A stretch of DNA of 32,000 nucleotides from positions 1 through 32,000 of the forward strand of contig JACQJH010000001.1 in NCBI GenBank assembly GCA_016205145.1, written 5' to 3'. Source of the DNA: Candidatus Iainarchaeum sp. (lineage in GTDB: Archaea > Iainarchaeota > Iainarchaeia > Iainarchaeales > JACQJH01). A model generated the notes under the pieces. That model worked only from the letters and a program-made list of their open reading frames with translations. It did not search any database and had not been told where the DNA came from. The translations under genes were made by a program, and so were the position numbers. Of the stretch, positions 23,719-32,000 are shown piece by piece; positions within the stretch are counted from its first letter, which is position 1; every line of letters starts with the position of its first letter.

Positions 23719-23794
23719 ACTCCTTTTTTCAAACCTTCCTCTTTTTTCTTTTATTTCTTATTCCGTGTTTCATCTGGAACGGGTTTGACTTTGC

Positions 23795-24934
23795 ATGTCT
23801 GAAAAGCGCGATTATTACGATGTTCTGGGCCTGAAGAAGGGCGCGCCCGTAGACGAGGTCAGGAAAGCCTACAAGGATTTGGCGAAAAAATTTCATCCCG
23901 ACGTGAGCAGGGAATCCAATGCGGAAGAAAAGTTCAAGGAAATCCTTGAGGCTTACTCCGTGCTTTCCGATCCGCAGAAAAAGGAAAACTATGACAGGTT
24001 CGGCCATGCGGCTGAAGGCTTTCAGGGCCAGGGCTTCAGCGGTTTCAACCGCGACTTCGATTTTGATTTCAGTGATTTGTTTTCAGGCGCTTTCTCCGGT
24101 TTTGAGGGCACGCCGTTCGAAGGCGTTTTCAGCGAAGCCTTTGGAGGCAGGAGGCGCGGCCCGGTAACTGGCAGGAATTTGCGTTTCGATTTGAACATTT
24201 CTTTTGAGGAAGCCGCTTTCGGCGTGGAAAAAGAGCTTTCAGTGCAGAGGCTTGGCCAATGCAGTGAATGCGACGGCTTTGGCGGCAAGGGAAAGCAGAC
24301 CTGCAGCCAGTGCAACGGTTCCGGAATTGTCAGGCACGAGCAGAGAACTCCTTTCGGCTTGTTTGCCACGCAGATGCCCTGCAATAAGTGCAATGGTTCG
24401 GGCCAGTCTTTCAAGGAGCGCTGCGCAAAGTGCGGCGGCAAGGGAAAGTCAAAGGAAAAGGCGACCGTGAAAGTTAAAATTCCGGCCGGCATTGATTCCG
24501 GAAACCATCTGCGACTGAAAGGCTTGGGCGAAGCCGGCGAGAATGGCGGCCAGCCAGGCGACCTATTCATCGTAGTGTTTGTCATGGCGCACGAAATTTT
24601 CCGGCGCGACGGAAGCGACGTTTTCTGCGAAGTTCCATTGTCTTTCAGCGAAGCCGCTCTCGGCGCAAGCGTCGACGTTCCGACTCTCAAGGGAAAGGTT
24701 TCTTTGAAAGTGCCGCCTTCCACGCAATCCGGCACGATTTTCCGGCTGCATGACAAGGGCATAAAAAACCTTGAAGGCGCCGGTTTCGGCGACGAGTTCG
24801 TGAAAGTGATTGTGCAAACTCCTGACGGCCTTTCAAGGCGCCAGCGCGAATTGTTCGGGGAACTTTCAAAGGAAGACCTGACGCAGAAAAAGCGCAAAAG
24901 CCTTTTCGACAAAATAATGGATAAGTTTAAGTAA
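23795..24934 (+). CDS. dnaJ: co-chaperone DnaJ (type I)
   Basis: J domain with KKFHPD, a Gly/Phe-rich region and four CxxCxGxG repeats (CSECDGFG, CSQCNGSG, CNKCNGSG, CAKCGGKG). Confidence 0.95.
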   Translation: MSEKRDYYDVLGLKKGAPVDEVRKAYKDLAKKFHPDVSRESNAEEKFKEILEAYSVLSDPQKKENYDRFGHAAEGFQGQGFSGFNRDFDFDFSDLFSGAFSGFEGTPFEGVFSEAFGGRRRGPVTGRNLRFDLNISFEEAAFGVEKELSVQRLGQCSECDGFGGKGKQTCSQCNGSGIVRHEQRTPFGLFATQMPCNKCNGSGQSFKERCAKCGGKGKSKEKATVKVKIPAGIDSGNHLRLKGLGEAGENGGQPGDLFIVVFVMAHEIFRRDGSDVFCEVPLSFSEAALGASVDVPTLKGKVSLKVPPSTQSGTIFRLHDKGIKNLEGAGFGDEFVKVIVQTPDGLSRRQRELFGELSKEDLTQKKRKSLFDKIMDKFK

Positions 24935-24957
24935 GCGCTAAGACTAATTCTTTTTTC

Positions 24958-25824
24958 ATGCTGCGTTGGAGGCTAAGGAACCCGTTCCGGCGAAAGCATG
25001 CAATGCCTTCCCAGCCGCAAGGCGAAGTTGAACAGCAACAGGCTGAAGGCGCAGGGGATGAAAGGCGGCCGGGCTTTTTTTCGCGTTTCATGCGTTTTTT
25101 TTCTTTCCGCCGGCGCAGGCAGGAGCGCGGGTATTTCAGGCAGCAGGAACAGGCGCAAACGCACATGAAGTCAATTCAGGATGGCCTTCAAAATGGCGTG
25201 GCGGCAATGCAGCAGGAGCAGAACCCTTCGCGCAGGGCGGAAATTTTCGGCCAGCTGGTTGCTTCGATCCCTTCAGTAGAGAATCCCGCCAACTTGCGGC
25301 TTTTGGAAGCCGTGCGTTCAGGCCAGGCTTTGACCCAGGACGAAGTTGATTTTGCAGGCAGGCTCATTGGCGTAGAGCAGATGCAGGCAATTAAAGGCCA
25401 GCTTTTTGAAATTTTTTTCAGCGGTTTCGCGGAGCGTGACCTTCAAGCTTTTGCGAATCTTGAAAGATCAAATCGCCGCGAGTTCTTGGAGGTCTGCAAG
25501 GCGTGGGCGTTGAAAATGAACATTTCCGAAGCCGAATTCGAGCAGGCGCTCTTGGCAAAAATCAGTCCCGCGCACGCGCTGAAGCCGGAGAACTTGGGCA
25601 GGTTTTCAGCCGGTCAGGGGGAACAGCCTGAAAGCCGTGAAATGCCTGAAAGCGAAGGGCCGGGGCATCAGCAAAGGGGCGCAAGGCCTTTGCAAAGAAC
25701 GCCACTACCACGCCGGCGGCGCAGATTTCCGGAAAAGGAAGAAGCGGGGGAACAGGCGGAAGGCGGAGGGCTTGAAGAAGCCGGGGCCGGGGCTGAAGGC
25801 CAGGAATTTGAAGAGGCGGCCTGA
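24958..25824 (+). CDS. hypothetical protein with low-complexity termini
   Basis: 288-aa ORF. The central approximately 150 aa look helical and protein-like (EIFGQLVASIPSVENPANLRLLEAVRSGQALTQDEVDFAGRLIG...). The termini are rich in Arg/Gln/Glu/Gly. The start is uncertain (24958, 25003 or 25165). Confidence 0.45.
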   Translation: MLRWRLRNPFRRKHAMPSQPQGEVEQQQAEGAGDERRPGFFSRFMRFFSFRRRRQERGYFRQQEQAQTHMKSIQDGLQNGVAAMQQEQNPSRRAEIFGQLVASIPSVENPANLRLLEAVRSGQALTQDEVDFAGRLIGVEQMQAIKGQLFEIFFSGFAERDLQAFANLERSNRREFLEVCKAWALKMNISEAEFEQALLAKISPAHALKPENLGRFSAGQGEQPESREMPESEGPGHQQRGARPLQRTPLPRRRRRFPEKEEAGEQAEGGGLEEAGAGAEGQEFEEAA

Positions 25825-26098
25825 GAGTTTTGAAACCCAAACCTTTAAATAGATTATTTGCCAATATTAAATCAGGTGTTTTGTATCGTACAGGGCGGTT
25901 CACTTCTGCTTTAATCCTTCTTTTCCAGTTTCATCTAATCATAAAAACACCCGCGGTTTTTCTTTTTCCACAGCTTCGCCTTTGGCGGGTTTGCCTTTGC
26001 CGTTGCGTTTGCTTGTAGTTTCGGGAGTAGTGCTGTGAAGGCCCCCCCTTTTAAGTTTTAAAAGGAGTGCGTTGTTGAATTTTTGATGCGTGATTGAA

Positions 26099-27862
26099 AT
26101 GGGCGAAAAGATTTCCGGCGCTGAAGCCACGATCAGGATGCTTTTGAAGCATGGCATAAACCTGAGCTGGGGCATTACCGGCGGCGCGATAATCCCGTTT
26201 TTTGATTCGATGCTTTCGCACCAGAAGGATTTCAGGCACATAACGACCAGGCACGAGCAGGGCGCTGCACATGCGGCGGAAGGGTATGCGCGGGCTGTCG
26301 GAAAGCCGGGTTTTTGCGTCGCAACCTCCGGTCCCGGGGCGACAAATCTTGTCACGGGCATAGCTGACGCTTACCTTGATTCCGTGCCGATAATTGCGAT
26401 GGCCGGCCAGGTTTCAACCAACCTGATCGGGAATGATGCGTTCCAGGAAGCCGATTTGATGGGCATCACAATGCCTATCACAAAGCACAATTTCCAGCCG
26501 CGCAAGGCTGAGGAGATTCCTGAAGTCATTGAGAAGGCTTACAGGATTTCGATGGAAGGCAGGCCGGGGCCGGTTTACATCGATTTGCCAAAGGACGTGC
26601 AGACACAGTCGCTTGACTCAGATTTGCTTAAGCGCGAGTACAGGCTTGCGCACAAGAAGATAACCTTGGAAGGCAATCCAAAGCAGGTTGCTAGGGCCGC
26701 GGAAGAGCTTTTGAAGGCGGAGCGGCCGGTCATCATTCTTGGCGGCGGAGCAGTGCATGCTAATGCTGCAAGGGAAGCGCTTGAGCTAGCAGAGCTTTTG
26801 AACGTTCCGGTCGCGACAACGCTCATGGCGAAAGGCATTTTTCCTGAAACCCATCCATTGTCTTTGGGTTGCCTGGGGATGCATGGCACTAAGAGCGCGA
26901 ATTACGCTGTCATAAACGCCGATGTCCTTGTCGGCATAGGCAACCGCTTTGACGACCGCATTACGGGAAACCTCGCAACCTTCGGCAAGCAGGCGAAAAT
27001 AATCCACATCGACATCGACCCGGCCGAGATCTCCAAGAACGTGGAAACGTTTGTCCCGATTGTCGGCGACGCGAAAACCGTTTTGAAACAGCTTGTCCTG
27101 GAAATAAAGAAGCTTCGCCGCAGTCCGAAGAATGCGTGGTTCAAGAAGCTTGAAGGTTTCATGAAAGTAGAGGCAAAGGAAGACATAGTCATTGGAAAGG
27201 ACGATCCTGTAATCCACCCCGTGCAGGCAATGCAGGTTTTGGACAAGGTTTTGGCGGAAGACGACATTGTCGTTACAGGCGTCGGCCAGCACCAGATGTT
27301 CGGAATGCATTATTTGAAGCGCTCGAAGCCGCGCACGTTCATTTCTTCGGGCGGCCTTGGCACAATGGGTTTCGGCCTGCCGGCGGCCATGGGCGCGAAG
27401 GTGGCAAAGCCTGATGTGAATGTTTTCAATCTTGACGGCGACGGAAGCTTCCAGATGACTGTGCAGGAACTTGCGACAATGAAACTGGAAGGCATAAATA
27501 CCGTCAGCGTGATTTTGAACAATGGCACTCTCGGCATGGTGCACCAGTGGCTTGACCTGTTTTATGACAGCAGGCAGTCGCAGACGCATCTGAGGAAATG
27601 CCCGGACTTTGTCAAGCTTGCGGAAGCGTACGGCCTGAACGGCGTGCGCGTTGAAAGGCTTTCAGAGCTTGAGCCGGCTTTGCGGCAGGCTTTGAAAAAC
27701 GATGAAGCCACGATAATCGACGTGGTTGTTTTCAATGCTCACTGCCTTCCGATGTTTCCGAGCGGCGGCAACCTCACGGACTTTTTCGGCGGAACCGTCA
27801 GCAAAAGCTTGGAGTGGTTTCCGGGCGTTGTGAAGGGAAAGGATTTGGGGGCGAAGGAATGA
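26099..27862 (+). CDS. ilvB: acetolactate synthase large subunit
   Basis: Blocks typical of thiamine-diphosphate enzymes: GITGGAIIPFFD, HEQGAAHAAEGYARA, ATSGPGATNLVTG and GLGTMGFGLPAAMGA...NLDGDGSFQM. Confidence 0.95.
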   Translation: MGEKISGAEATIRMLLKHGINLSWGITGGAIIPFFDSMLSHQKDFRHITTRHEQGAAHAAEGYARAVGKPGFCVATSGPGATNLVTGIADAYLDSVPIIAMAGQVSTNLIGNDAFQEADLMGITMPITKHNFQPRKAEEIPEVIEKAYRISMEGRPGPVYIDLPKDVQTQSLDSDLLKREYRLAHKKITLEGNPKQVARAAEELLKAERPVIILGGGAVHANAAREALELAELLNVPVATTLMAKGIFPETHPLSLGCLGMHGTKSANYAVINADVLVGIGNRFDDRITGNLATFGKQAKIIHIDIDPAEISKNVETFVPIVGDAKTVLKQLVLEIKKLRRSPKNAWFKKLEGFMKVEAKEDIVIGKDDPVIHPVQAMQVLDKVLAEDDIVVTGVGQHQMFGMHYLKRSKPRTFISSGGLGTMGFGLPAAMGAKVAKPDVNVFNLDGDGSFQMTVQELATMKLEGINTVSVILNNGTLGMVHQWLDLFYDSRQSQTHLRKCPDFVKLAEAYGLNGVRVERLSELEPALRQALKNDEATIIDVVVFNAHCLPMFPSGGNLTDFFGGTVSKSLEWFPGVVKGKDLGAKE

Positions 27863-28413
27863 CCTTGCATATAATAGGCTTGCTTGTCGAGGACAGGCCG
27901 GGCGTTTTTGCGCGCATTTCAGGCCTGGTTTTCAAGCGCGGCTTCAACATTGAAACGATTTGCGTGGGCAAGTCCGAGAAGCCCGGAATTTCGCGCATCA
28001 TCCTGACGATCAACGCGGATGACAGGACTCTTGAACAGGTCAAGAAGCAGCTCGGCAAGCTCATCGATGTGGTCAAGATAAGCGATCTGCCGAAGTCCGA
28101 GTCGGTTGTGAGGGAGCTTTTGCTTGTCAAGGTCAACACAAAGGATTCGAAGAAGCGCGCCGACATAATCGCTTTTGCCAAGTCTTTCAGGGCGAGCGTG
28201 GTGGATGTTTCGGCTAAAAGCCTTGTCATCCAGCTTGCGGGCCAGCCCTCGAAAATCGGCGCATTCCTTGAGCTTATGCGGCCGTTTGGAATACATGAAA
28301 TTTCGAGGACAGGCACGAATGCCATGAGCCGCGGCCCGAAATCACTGTCCGGCGAAGAGGCAGTGAAAACCGGCGCAAAGGCAAAGCAAGGCGGCGCCAA
28401 GGCCAAAAAGTGA
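27859..28413 (+). CDS. ilvN: acetolactate synthase small (regulatory) subunit
   Basis: The ACT domain is HIIGLLVEDRPGVFARISGLVFKRGFNIETICVG. It has an ATGA overlap with ilvB and a short Lys/Ala-rich tail. Confidence 0.9.
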   Translation: MTLHIIGLLVEDRPGVFARISGLVFKRGFNIETICVGKSEKPGISRIILTINADDRTLEQVKKQLGKLIDVVKISDLPKSESVVRELLLVKVNTKDSKKRADIIAFAKSFRASVVDVSAKSLVIQLAGQPSKIGAFLELMRPFGIHEISRTGTNAMSRGPKSLSGEEAVKTGAKAKQGGAKAKK

Positions 28414-28426
28414 AGGTTTTTTTTCT

Positions 28427-30856
28427 ATGGCTAACGCTGACTTTCACGCGATTGAAAAGAAGTGGCTTGACTACTGGCGCAATGAAGGCGTTTACAAGTT
28501 TGACCAGAGTTCGAAAAAGCCTGTTTTCAGCATTGACACGCCTCCCCCGACTGTTTCCGGGAAAATGCATTTGGGCCACGCTTTTTCCTACTGCCAGGCG
28601 GACATGATTGCAAGGTTCAAGCGCATGCGCGGCTTTGAAGTGTTTTATCCTTTCGGATTTGACGACAACGGCCTTGCAACCGAGCGTTTCGTGGAAAAGA
28701 GCAGGAACATCCAGGCGAAAAATTTTTCGCGCGAAGAGTTCATCAAAATCTGCCTTGATGAAACCAGGAAAGCCGAGGAACAGCTTCAAAAGGATTTTTC
28801 CAGCCTCGGCTTGAGCGTCGACTGGTCGCTGGTCTACAGGACGATTGACAATTTCGCGCGAAAGCAGGCCCAGCGCAGTTTTTTGGACATCCATGCAAAG
28901 GGTAGGCTTTACCAGCGCGAGGCGCCTGCAATGTGGTGCCCGAAATGCGAAACATCGATTGCGCAGGCCGAGCTTGAAGACATGGAAAAGGACAGCAGAT
29001 TCGTGCACATCCGCTTTGATGTCGAGGGCGGAAAAAGCATTGTCATTGCCACGACCAGGCCGGAGCTTCTGCCGGCATGCGTCGCATTTTTCGTGCACCC
29101 GGACGACAAGCGCTACGCGTCATTTGTTGGCAGGAAAGTGAAAATTCCTTTTTCGGACCGCACCGTCCTTGTGCACGCGAGCGACAAAGCAAAGCAGGAT
29201 GTTGGAACCGGCGCGGTTTACTGCTGCACTTTCGGAGATTTGACTGACGTCGAATGGGTTATGGAATTCGGCCTCCCGATAATTGAAATCATCGGCAAGA
29301 ACGGCGTTCTCAATGACAAAGCTGGAAGGTTTGCAGGCAAAAACGTTTTGGATGCGCGCAAGGAAGTTGTCGAGGCGCTTGAGGCGGATGGCAGGGTCAT
29401 GAAAGTCGAGCCGTTGAGGCACGTTGCAAACGTGCATGAGCGGTGCAAGACGCCGGTCGAGATTCTCACTTCCAAGCAGTGGTTTGTCAAATACCTTGAT
29501 TTGAGGGAAACTTTCATTGGCAGGGGAAAAGAAGTGAAGTGGACTCCCGAGCATATGCGCGTGCGCTTTGACAACTGGATTAACGGCTTGAAATGGGACT
29601 GGAATGTTTCACGGCAGCGCTTTTTTGGCGTGCCATTGCCGGTGTGGTATTGCAAAAAATGCAAAAAGCCAAAGCTCGCTTCCCCGGAAGATTTGCCGGC
29701 CGACCCATTGCAGTCCAAGCCTAAAGGAAAATGCTCTTGCGGCTCTTCCGAGTTCGAGCCGGAGAAAGACGTTTTGGACACCTGGTTTACATCGAGCCTG
29801 ACGCCGCAGATCAACTGCAAGTGGCTTGAGGATGAAAAACTGTTCAAGAAATTGTTCCCGATGTCCTTGAGGCCGCAGGCGCACGACATCATAACCTTGT
29901 GGGCGTTCAACACGGTCGTGAAAGCGCATTTGCATTCGAACAGCCTGCCCTGGAAGCAGATAATGATTTCAGGCCATGCCCTCGATCCGAAGGGAAGGAA
30001 AATGTCCAAATCTTTGGGCAACGTCATTGCGCCGCAGGACATGGTTTCAAAATACTGTGCTGACGCATTGCGCTACTGGAGCGCTTCCGCCTCGCTTGGC
30101 GAGGACGTGCCGTTCCAGGAAAAGGAAATGGTTGCGGGCCAGAAGTTTTTGTCCAAGCTGTTGAATGCGGGAAAATTCGTTTCAGGTCTGACACAAGGGA
30201 TTTCGCTTGAAGATTTCAGGAATGAAAAGAAAAACCTGCGCCCGACGGACAAGTGGATTTTGAGCAGGCTCAACACTCTCAAGAAGTCCGTGACCGAAAG
30301 CATGGAATCATTCGACTTTTTCCGCGGCCTGAATCCCGTGCGCGACTTTTTCTGGCTTGAATTCGCGGACTATTACATCGAAGAGGTCAAGTACCGCGCT
30401 TACGACGAAAGCAATCCTTCCTGCAAAGCGGCGAAGCTGACTCTTCTGTCAGTTTACCTTGACTGCCTGAAAATGCTCTCGCCCTTCCTCCCGTTCGTGT
30501 GCGAGGACATAATGCAGTCGCAGTTTTCATCGCACCTCAAAGCCAAAAGCATTCATCTCGAGGAATGGCCGGGTTTCGACGCAACGCTTGTTTCGGATCA
30601 GGCCGAATTCGAAGGCGAAACGTGCAACTCGATCGTGTCGGCCTTGCGCAAGCTCAAGTCCTCGCGCAGCCTTGCAATGAACGCCGAACTCGGAAAGGCT
30701 GAAATTTTCGTTTCCTCGCCGAAGGCGGAGACCGCAGTGAAAGCGGTTTTGGAGGATGTCTGCGGGACAATGAACGTGAAAAGCCTTGCCGTTTCCAGGG
30801 CAAAACCCGCGGAAGGCGCGGTTAAAGTTTCGGAGGAAGTTTTTTTGTCGGCCTGA
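28427..30856 (+). CDS. valS: valyl-tRNA synthetase
   Basis: IDTPPPTVSGKMHLGHAF (HIGH), an editing-domain-sized insertion, and KMSKSLGNVI (KMSKS); 809 aa. The flanking sequence fits ValRS better than LeuRS or IleRS. Confidence 0.92.
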   Translation: MANADFHAIEKKWLDYWRNEGVYKFDQSSKKPVFSIDTPPPTVSGKMHLGHAFSYCQADMIARFKRMRGFEVFYPFGFDDNGLATERFVEKSRNIQAKNFSREEFIKICLDETRKAEEQLQKDFSSLGLSVDWSLVYRTIDNFARKQAQRSFLDIHAKGRLYQREAPAMWCPKCETSIAQAELEDMEKDSRFVHIRFDVEGGKSIVIATTRPELLPACVAFFVHPDDKRYASFVGRKVKIPFSDRTVLVHASDKAKQDVGTGAVYCCTFGDLTDVEWVMEFGLPIIEIIGKNGVLNDKAGRFAGKNVLDARKEVVEALEADGRVMKVEPLRHVANVHERCKTPVEILTSKQWFVKYLDLRETFIGRGKEVKWTPEHMRVRFDNWINGLKWDWNVSRQRFFGVPLPVWYCKKCKKPKLASPEDLPADPLQSKPKGKCSCGSSEFEPEKDVLDTWFTSSLTPQINCKWLEDEKLFKKLFPMSLRPQAHDIITLWAFNTVVKAHLHSNSLPWKQIMISGHALDPKGRKMSKSLGNVIAPQDMVSKYCADALRYWSASASLGEDVPFQEKEMVAGQKFLSKLLNAGKFVSGLTQGISLEDFRNEKKNLRPTDKWILSRLNTLKKSVTESMESFDFFRGLNPVRDFFWLEFADYYIEEVKYRAYDESNPSCKAAKLTLLSVYLDCLKMLSPFLPFVCEDIMQSQFSSHLKAKSIHLEEWPGFDATLVSDQAEFEGETCNSIVSALRKLKSSRSLAMNAELGKAEIFVSSPKAETAVKAVLEDVCGTMNVKSLAVSRAKPAEGAVKVSEEVFLSA

Positions 30857-30857
30857 G

Positions 30858-30863
30858 TTTTTT
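30858..30863 (+). terminator. T6 run inside a GGCCTG/CAGGCC hairpin after valS
   Basis: The sequence is GGCCTG-AGTTTTTTC-CAGGCC (30850-30870), which spans the stop codon. Confidence 0.45.
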
Positions 30864-30965
30864 CCAGGCCGCTTGGCGAAGCAGTTAAGGCGGGCATTTT
30901 TTTGGGCTTTCGGCGGGATCAAGAATATTAATAACGTTTTACCCTAAATTACTCTTGTTGATTGA

Positions 30966-31508
30966 ATGAAACGGCTTTTTCTGTGCGCCCTGCTTTTGGC
31001 CCTGTTGTCTGGTTGCGCGGATTCGGGTTCCTTCAAGGAAAAATTTGACGCCTTGCAGCGCACCGAAGCGAACTTTCATTCTTCAGGCTTGACTCCGACT
31101 GAGATTCCGAAGATTGTCGCACTGCAGTCCGAGCTGAACAAGGTGAAGGTCTCATTGTCCAAGCAGCCGCGCTCGTCCGAGAATTCCGCGCTCACGTCGC
31201 TCATTGACGCGAAGTTTGACCTGCTTGAAATGCGCCTGTCTTTCGAGAAAGGCAAGCTTGAAATGGCGAAAGCCAAGTTCTCCGAAGCCGATTGCCGCGC
31301 CGGCGGCGCGCTTGTCAACGCCGCAGATTTTTTCGAGAAAGCAACTGTTTCCGGGTCAAGCGCAAAATCCAGGTTCCAGTCGTTTTTCAAGAATTATCCT
31401 GCCGAGGCTAAGCAGACCGGCATTTCATTGCAGGATGTTTCCCTGACAATCGATCTGATCGCCGAAAACGCCGCAACACTGCGCGACGGCGTCCTTGGCT
31501 TGTGCTGA
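30966..31508 (+). CDS. putative lipoprotein
   Basis: The signal peptide MKRLFLCALLLALLSGC ends in a lipobox-like LSGC. The mature part is hydrophilic. Confidence 0.7.
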   Translation: MKRLFLCALLLALLSGCADSGSFKEKFDALQRTEANFHSSGLTPTEIPKIVALQSELNKVKVSLSKQPRSSENSALTSLIDAKFDLLEMRLSFEKGKLEMAKAKFSEADCRAGGALVNAADFFEKATVSGSSAKSRFQSFFKNYPAEAKQTGISLQDVSLTIDLIAENAATLRDGVLGLC

Positions 31509-31562
31509 CGCGTTTTCGACCGCGTGTGCCGCGGCGATTTCGTCCGCCGGGTCCGAAACTAA

Positions 31563-31640
31563 GGTCTTCGTTGCAAAATCTTGGATTTTGCGACGTGCCC
31601 AGAATCTTTGGATTCTGGGGCATCACTGTTGTGAAAGACC
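31563..31640. ncRNA. copy 2 of the recurrent predicted four-way-junction element: closing helix GGTCTT/AAGACC plus three hairpins
   Basis: H1 is GCAAAATC-TTG-GATTTTGC (31573-31591). H2 is CCCAGAATC-TTTG-GATTCTGGG (31598-31619). H3 is TCAC-TGTT-GTGA (31623-31634). It matches copy 1 at 52 of 62 ungapped positions (counted by hand). Confidence 0.45.
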
Positions 31641-31708
31641 GAGTAAGGGGTTGTTAGATTTCAGGGGCGTGCGAGGGGGCGGAGCCCCCTGCGTCGGGAT
31701 TAAGGCGT

Positions 31709-31734
31709 ATCACTGTTGTGAAAGGCCGAGTAAG
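31709..31734. repeat. partial third copy: the H3 hairpin plus the 3' flank of the element, repeated 87 nt downstream
   Basis: ATCACTGTTGTGAAAGGCCGAGTAAG differs at one base from ATCACTGTTGTGAAAGACCGAGTAAG (31622-31647). Confidence 0.6.
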
Positions 31735-31778
31735 CCGCAGTAAAAGCCTTTTAAGCGGTTTCCCGGCAGGATTCTTTT

Positions 31779-32000
31779 ATGGCCGTTTTTGAAAACGAAT
31801 TGCTTGTCGCGCGCGGAGCCGAAGCGGAACTCTTCAAATCCGAATACCTTAGTTTGCCGGTGCTTGTGAAAAGGCGCGTCCCGAAATCCTACCGGAATCC
31901 AGTGCTTGATTCGCGCATCCGTTCCGAGCGGACTGTTGCGGAGGCAAGGCTTTTGCATAACGCAAAGGCATTCGGCGTCAGGGTTCCCGCGGTTTTGCGC
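31779..32000 (+). CDS. bud32: Bud32/PRPK-type serine/threonine kinase (KEOPS subunit), N-terminal part; runs off the window
   Basis: Translating by hand from the ATG at 31779 gives MAVFENELLVARGAEAELFKSEYLSLPVLVKRRVPKSYRNPVLDSRIRSERTVAEARLLHNAKAFGVRVPAVLR. The GAEA glycine-loop variant, VKxR, YR..LD and RT..EAR pattern is typical of Bud32. The frame stays open to the end of the window. It is absent from the ORF track because there is no stop codon. Confidence 0.8.
   Translation, partial: MAVFENELLVARGAEAELFKSEYLSLPVLVKRRVPKSYRNPVLDSRIRSERTVAEARLLHNAKAFGVRVPAVLR

Noticed and set aside
31622-31734. Possible mini CRISPR array: two 26-nt direct repeats separated by 61 nt
   Set aside because: There are only two repeats. 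The spacer is itself an imperfect palindrome. No cas genes or leader are present in the window. The repeat is the 3' module of the larger structured element that also occurs at 5367-5442 without any array.

Overview
This window reads as an archaeal chromosomal segment. Archaea-specific genes run throughout: L7Ae, S28e, L24e, S6e, S24e, S27ae, aIF5B, aIF2-gamma, Rpo7/RpoE', Spt4, Kae1 and Bud32. The tRNA at the left edge carries the archaeal initiator signature. Most of the window (5.5-16.7 kb and 20.9-31.5 kb) is tightly packed plus-strand housekeeping: gltX, one long ribosomal/translation/transcription supercluster, Sua5, a bacterial-type grpE-dnaK-dnaJ operon, ilvBN and valS.

Two regions look less ordinary.
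- Positions 1-4.3 kb lie next to the initiator tRNA. They hold an ORF-free A+C-skewed tract, a small wHTH gene, an unknown 188-aa gene, a PRC-barrel gene, a tyrosine recombinase and several small ORFs.
- Positions 16.7-20.9 kb are a mixed-orientation block. Two paralogous HExxH membrane proteins bracket kae1, another membrane protein and an unassignable GC-elevated ORF.

I found no CRISPR array, no rRNA and no recognisable defence or transposase genes. The best candidate for something undescribed is not a protein system. It is a recurrent 76-78 nt element predicted to fold as a four-way junction (a closing helix plus three hairpins). It occurs in two intergenic regions, 5367-5442 and 31563-31640. 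Every difference between the two copies is either in a loop or preserves pairing. A partial third copy and a long hairpin sit beside copy 2.

A second notable signal is a U4-like K-turn signature that overlaps the Shine-Dalgarno sequence of the L7Ae gene. All product calls come from motif recognition by eye; no database search was possible.
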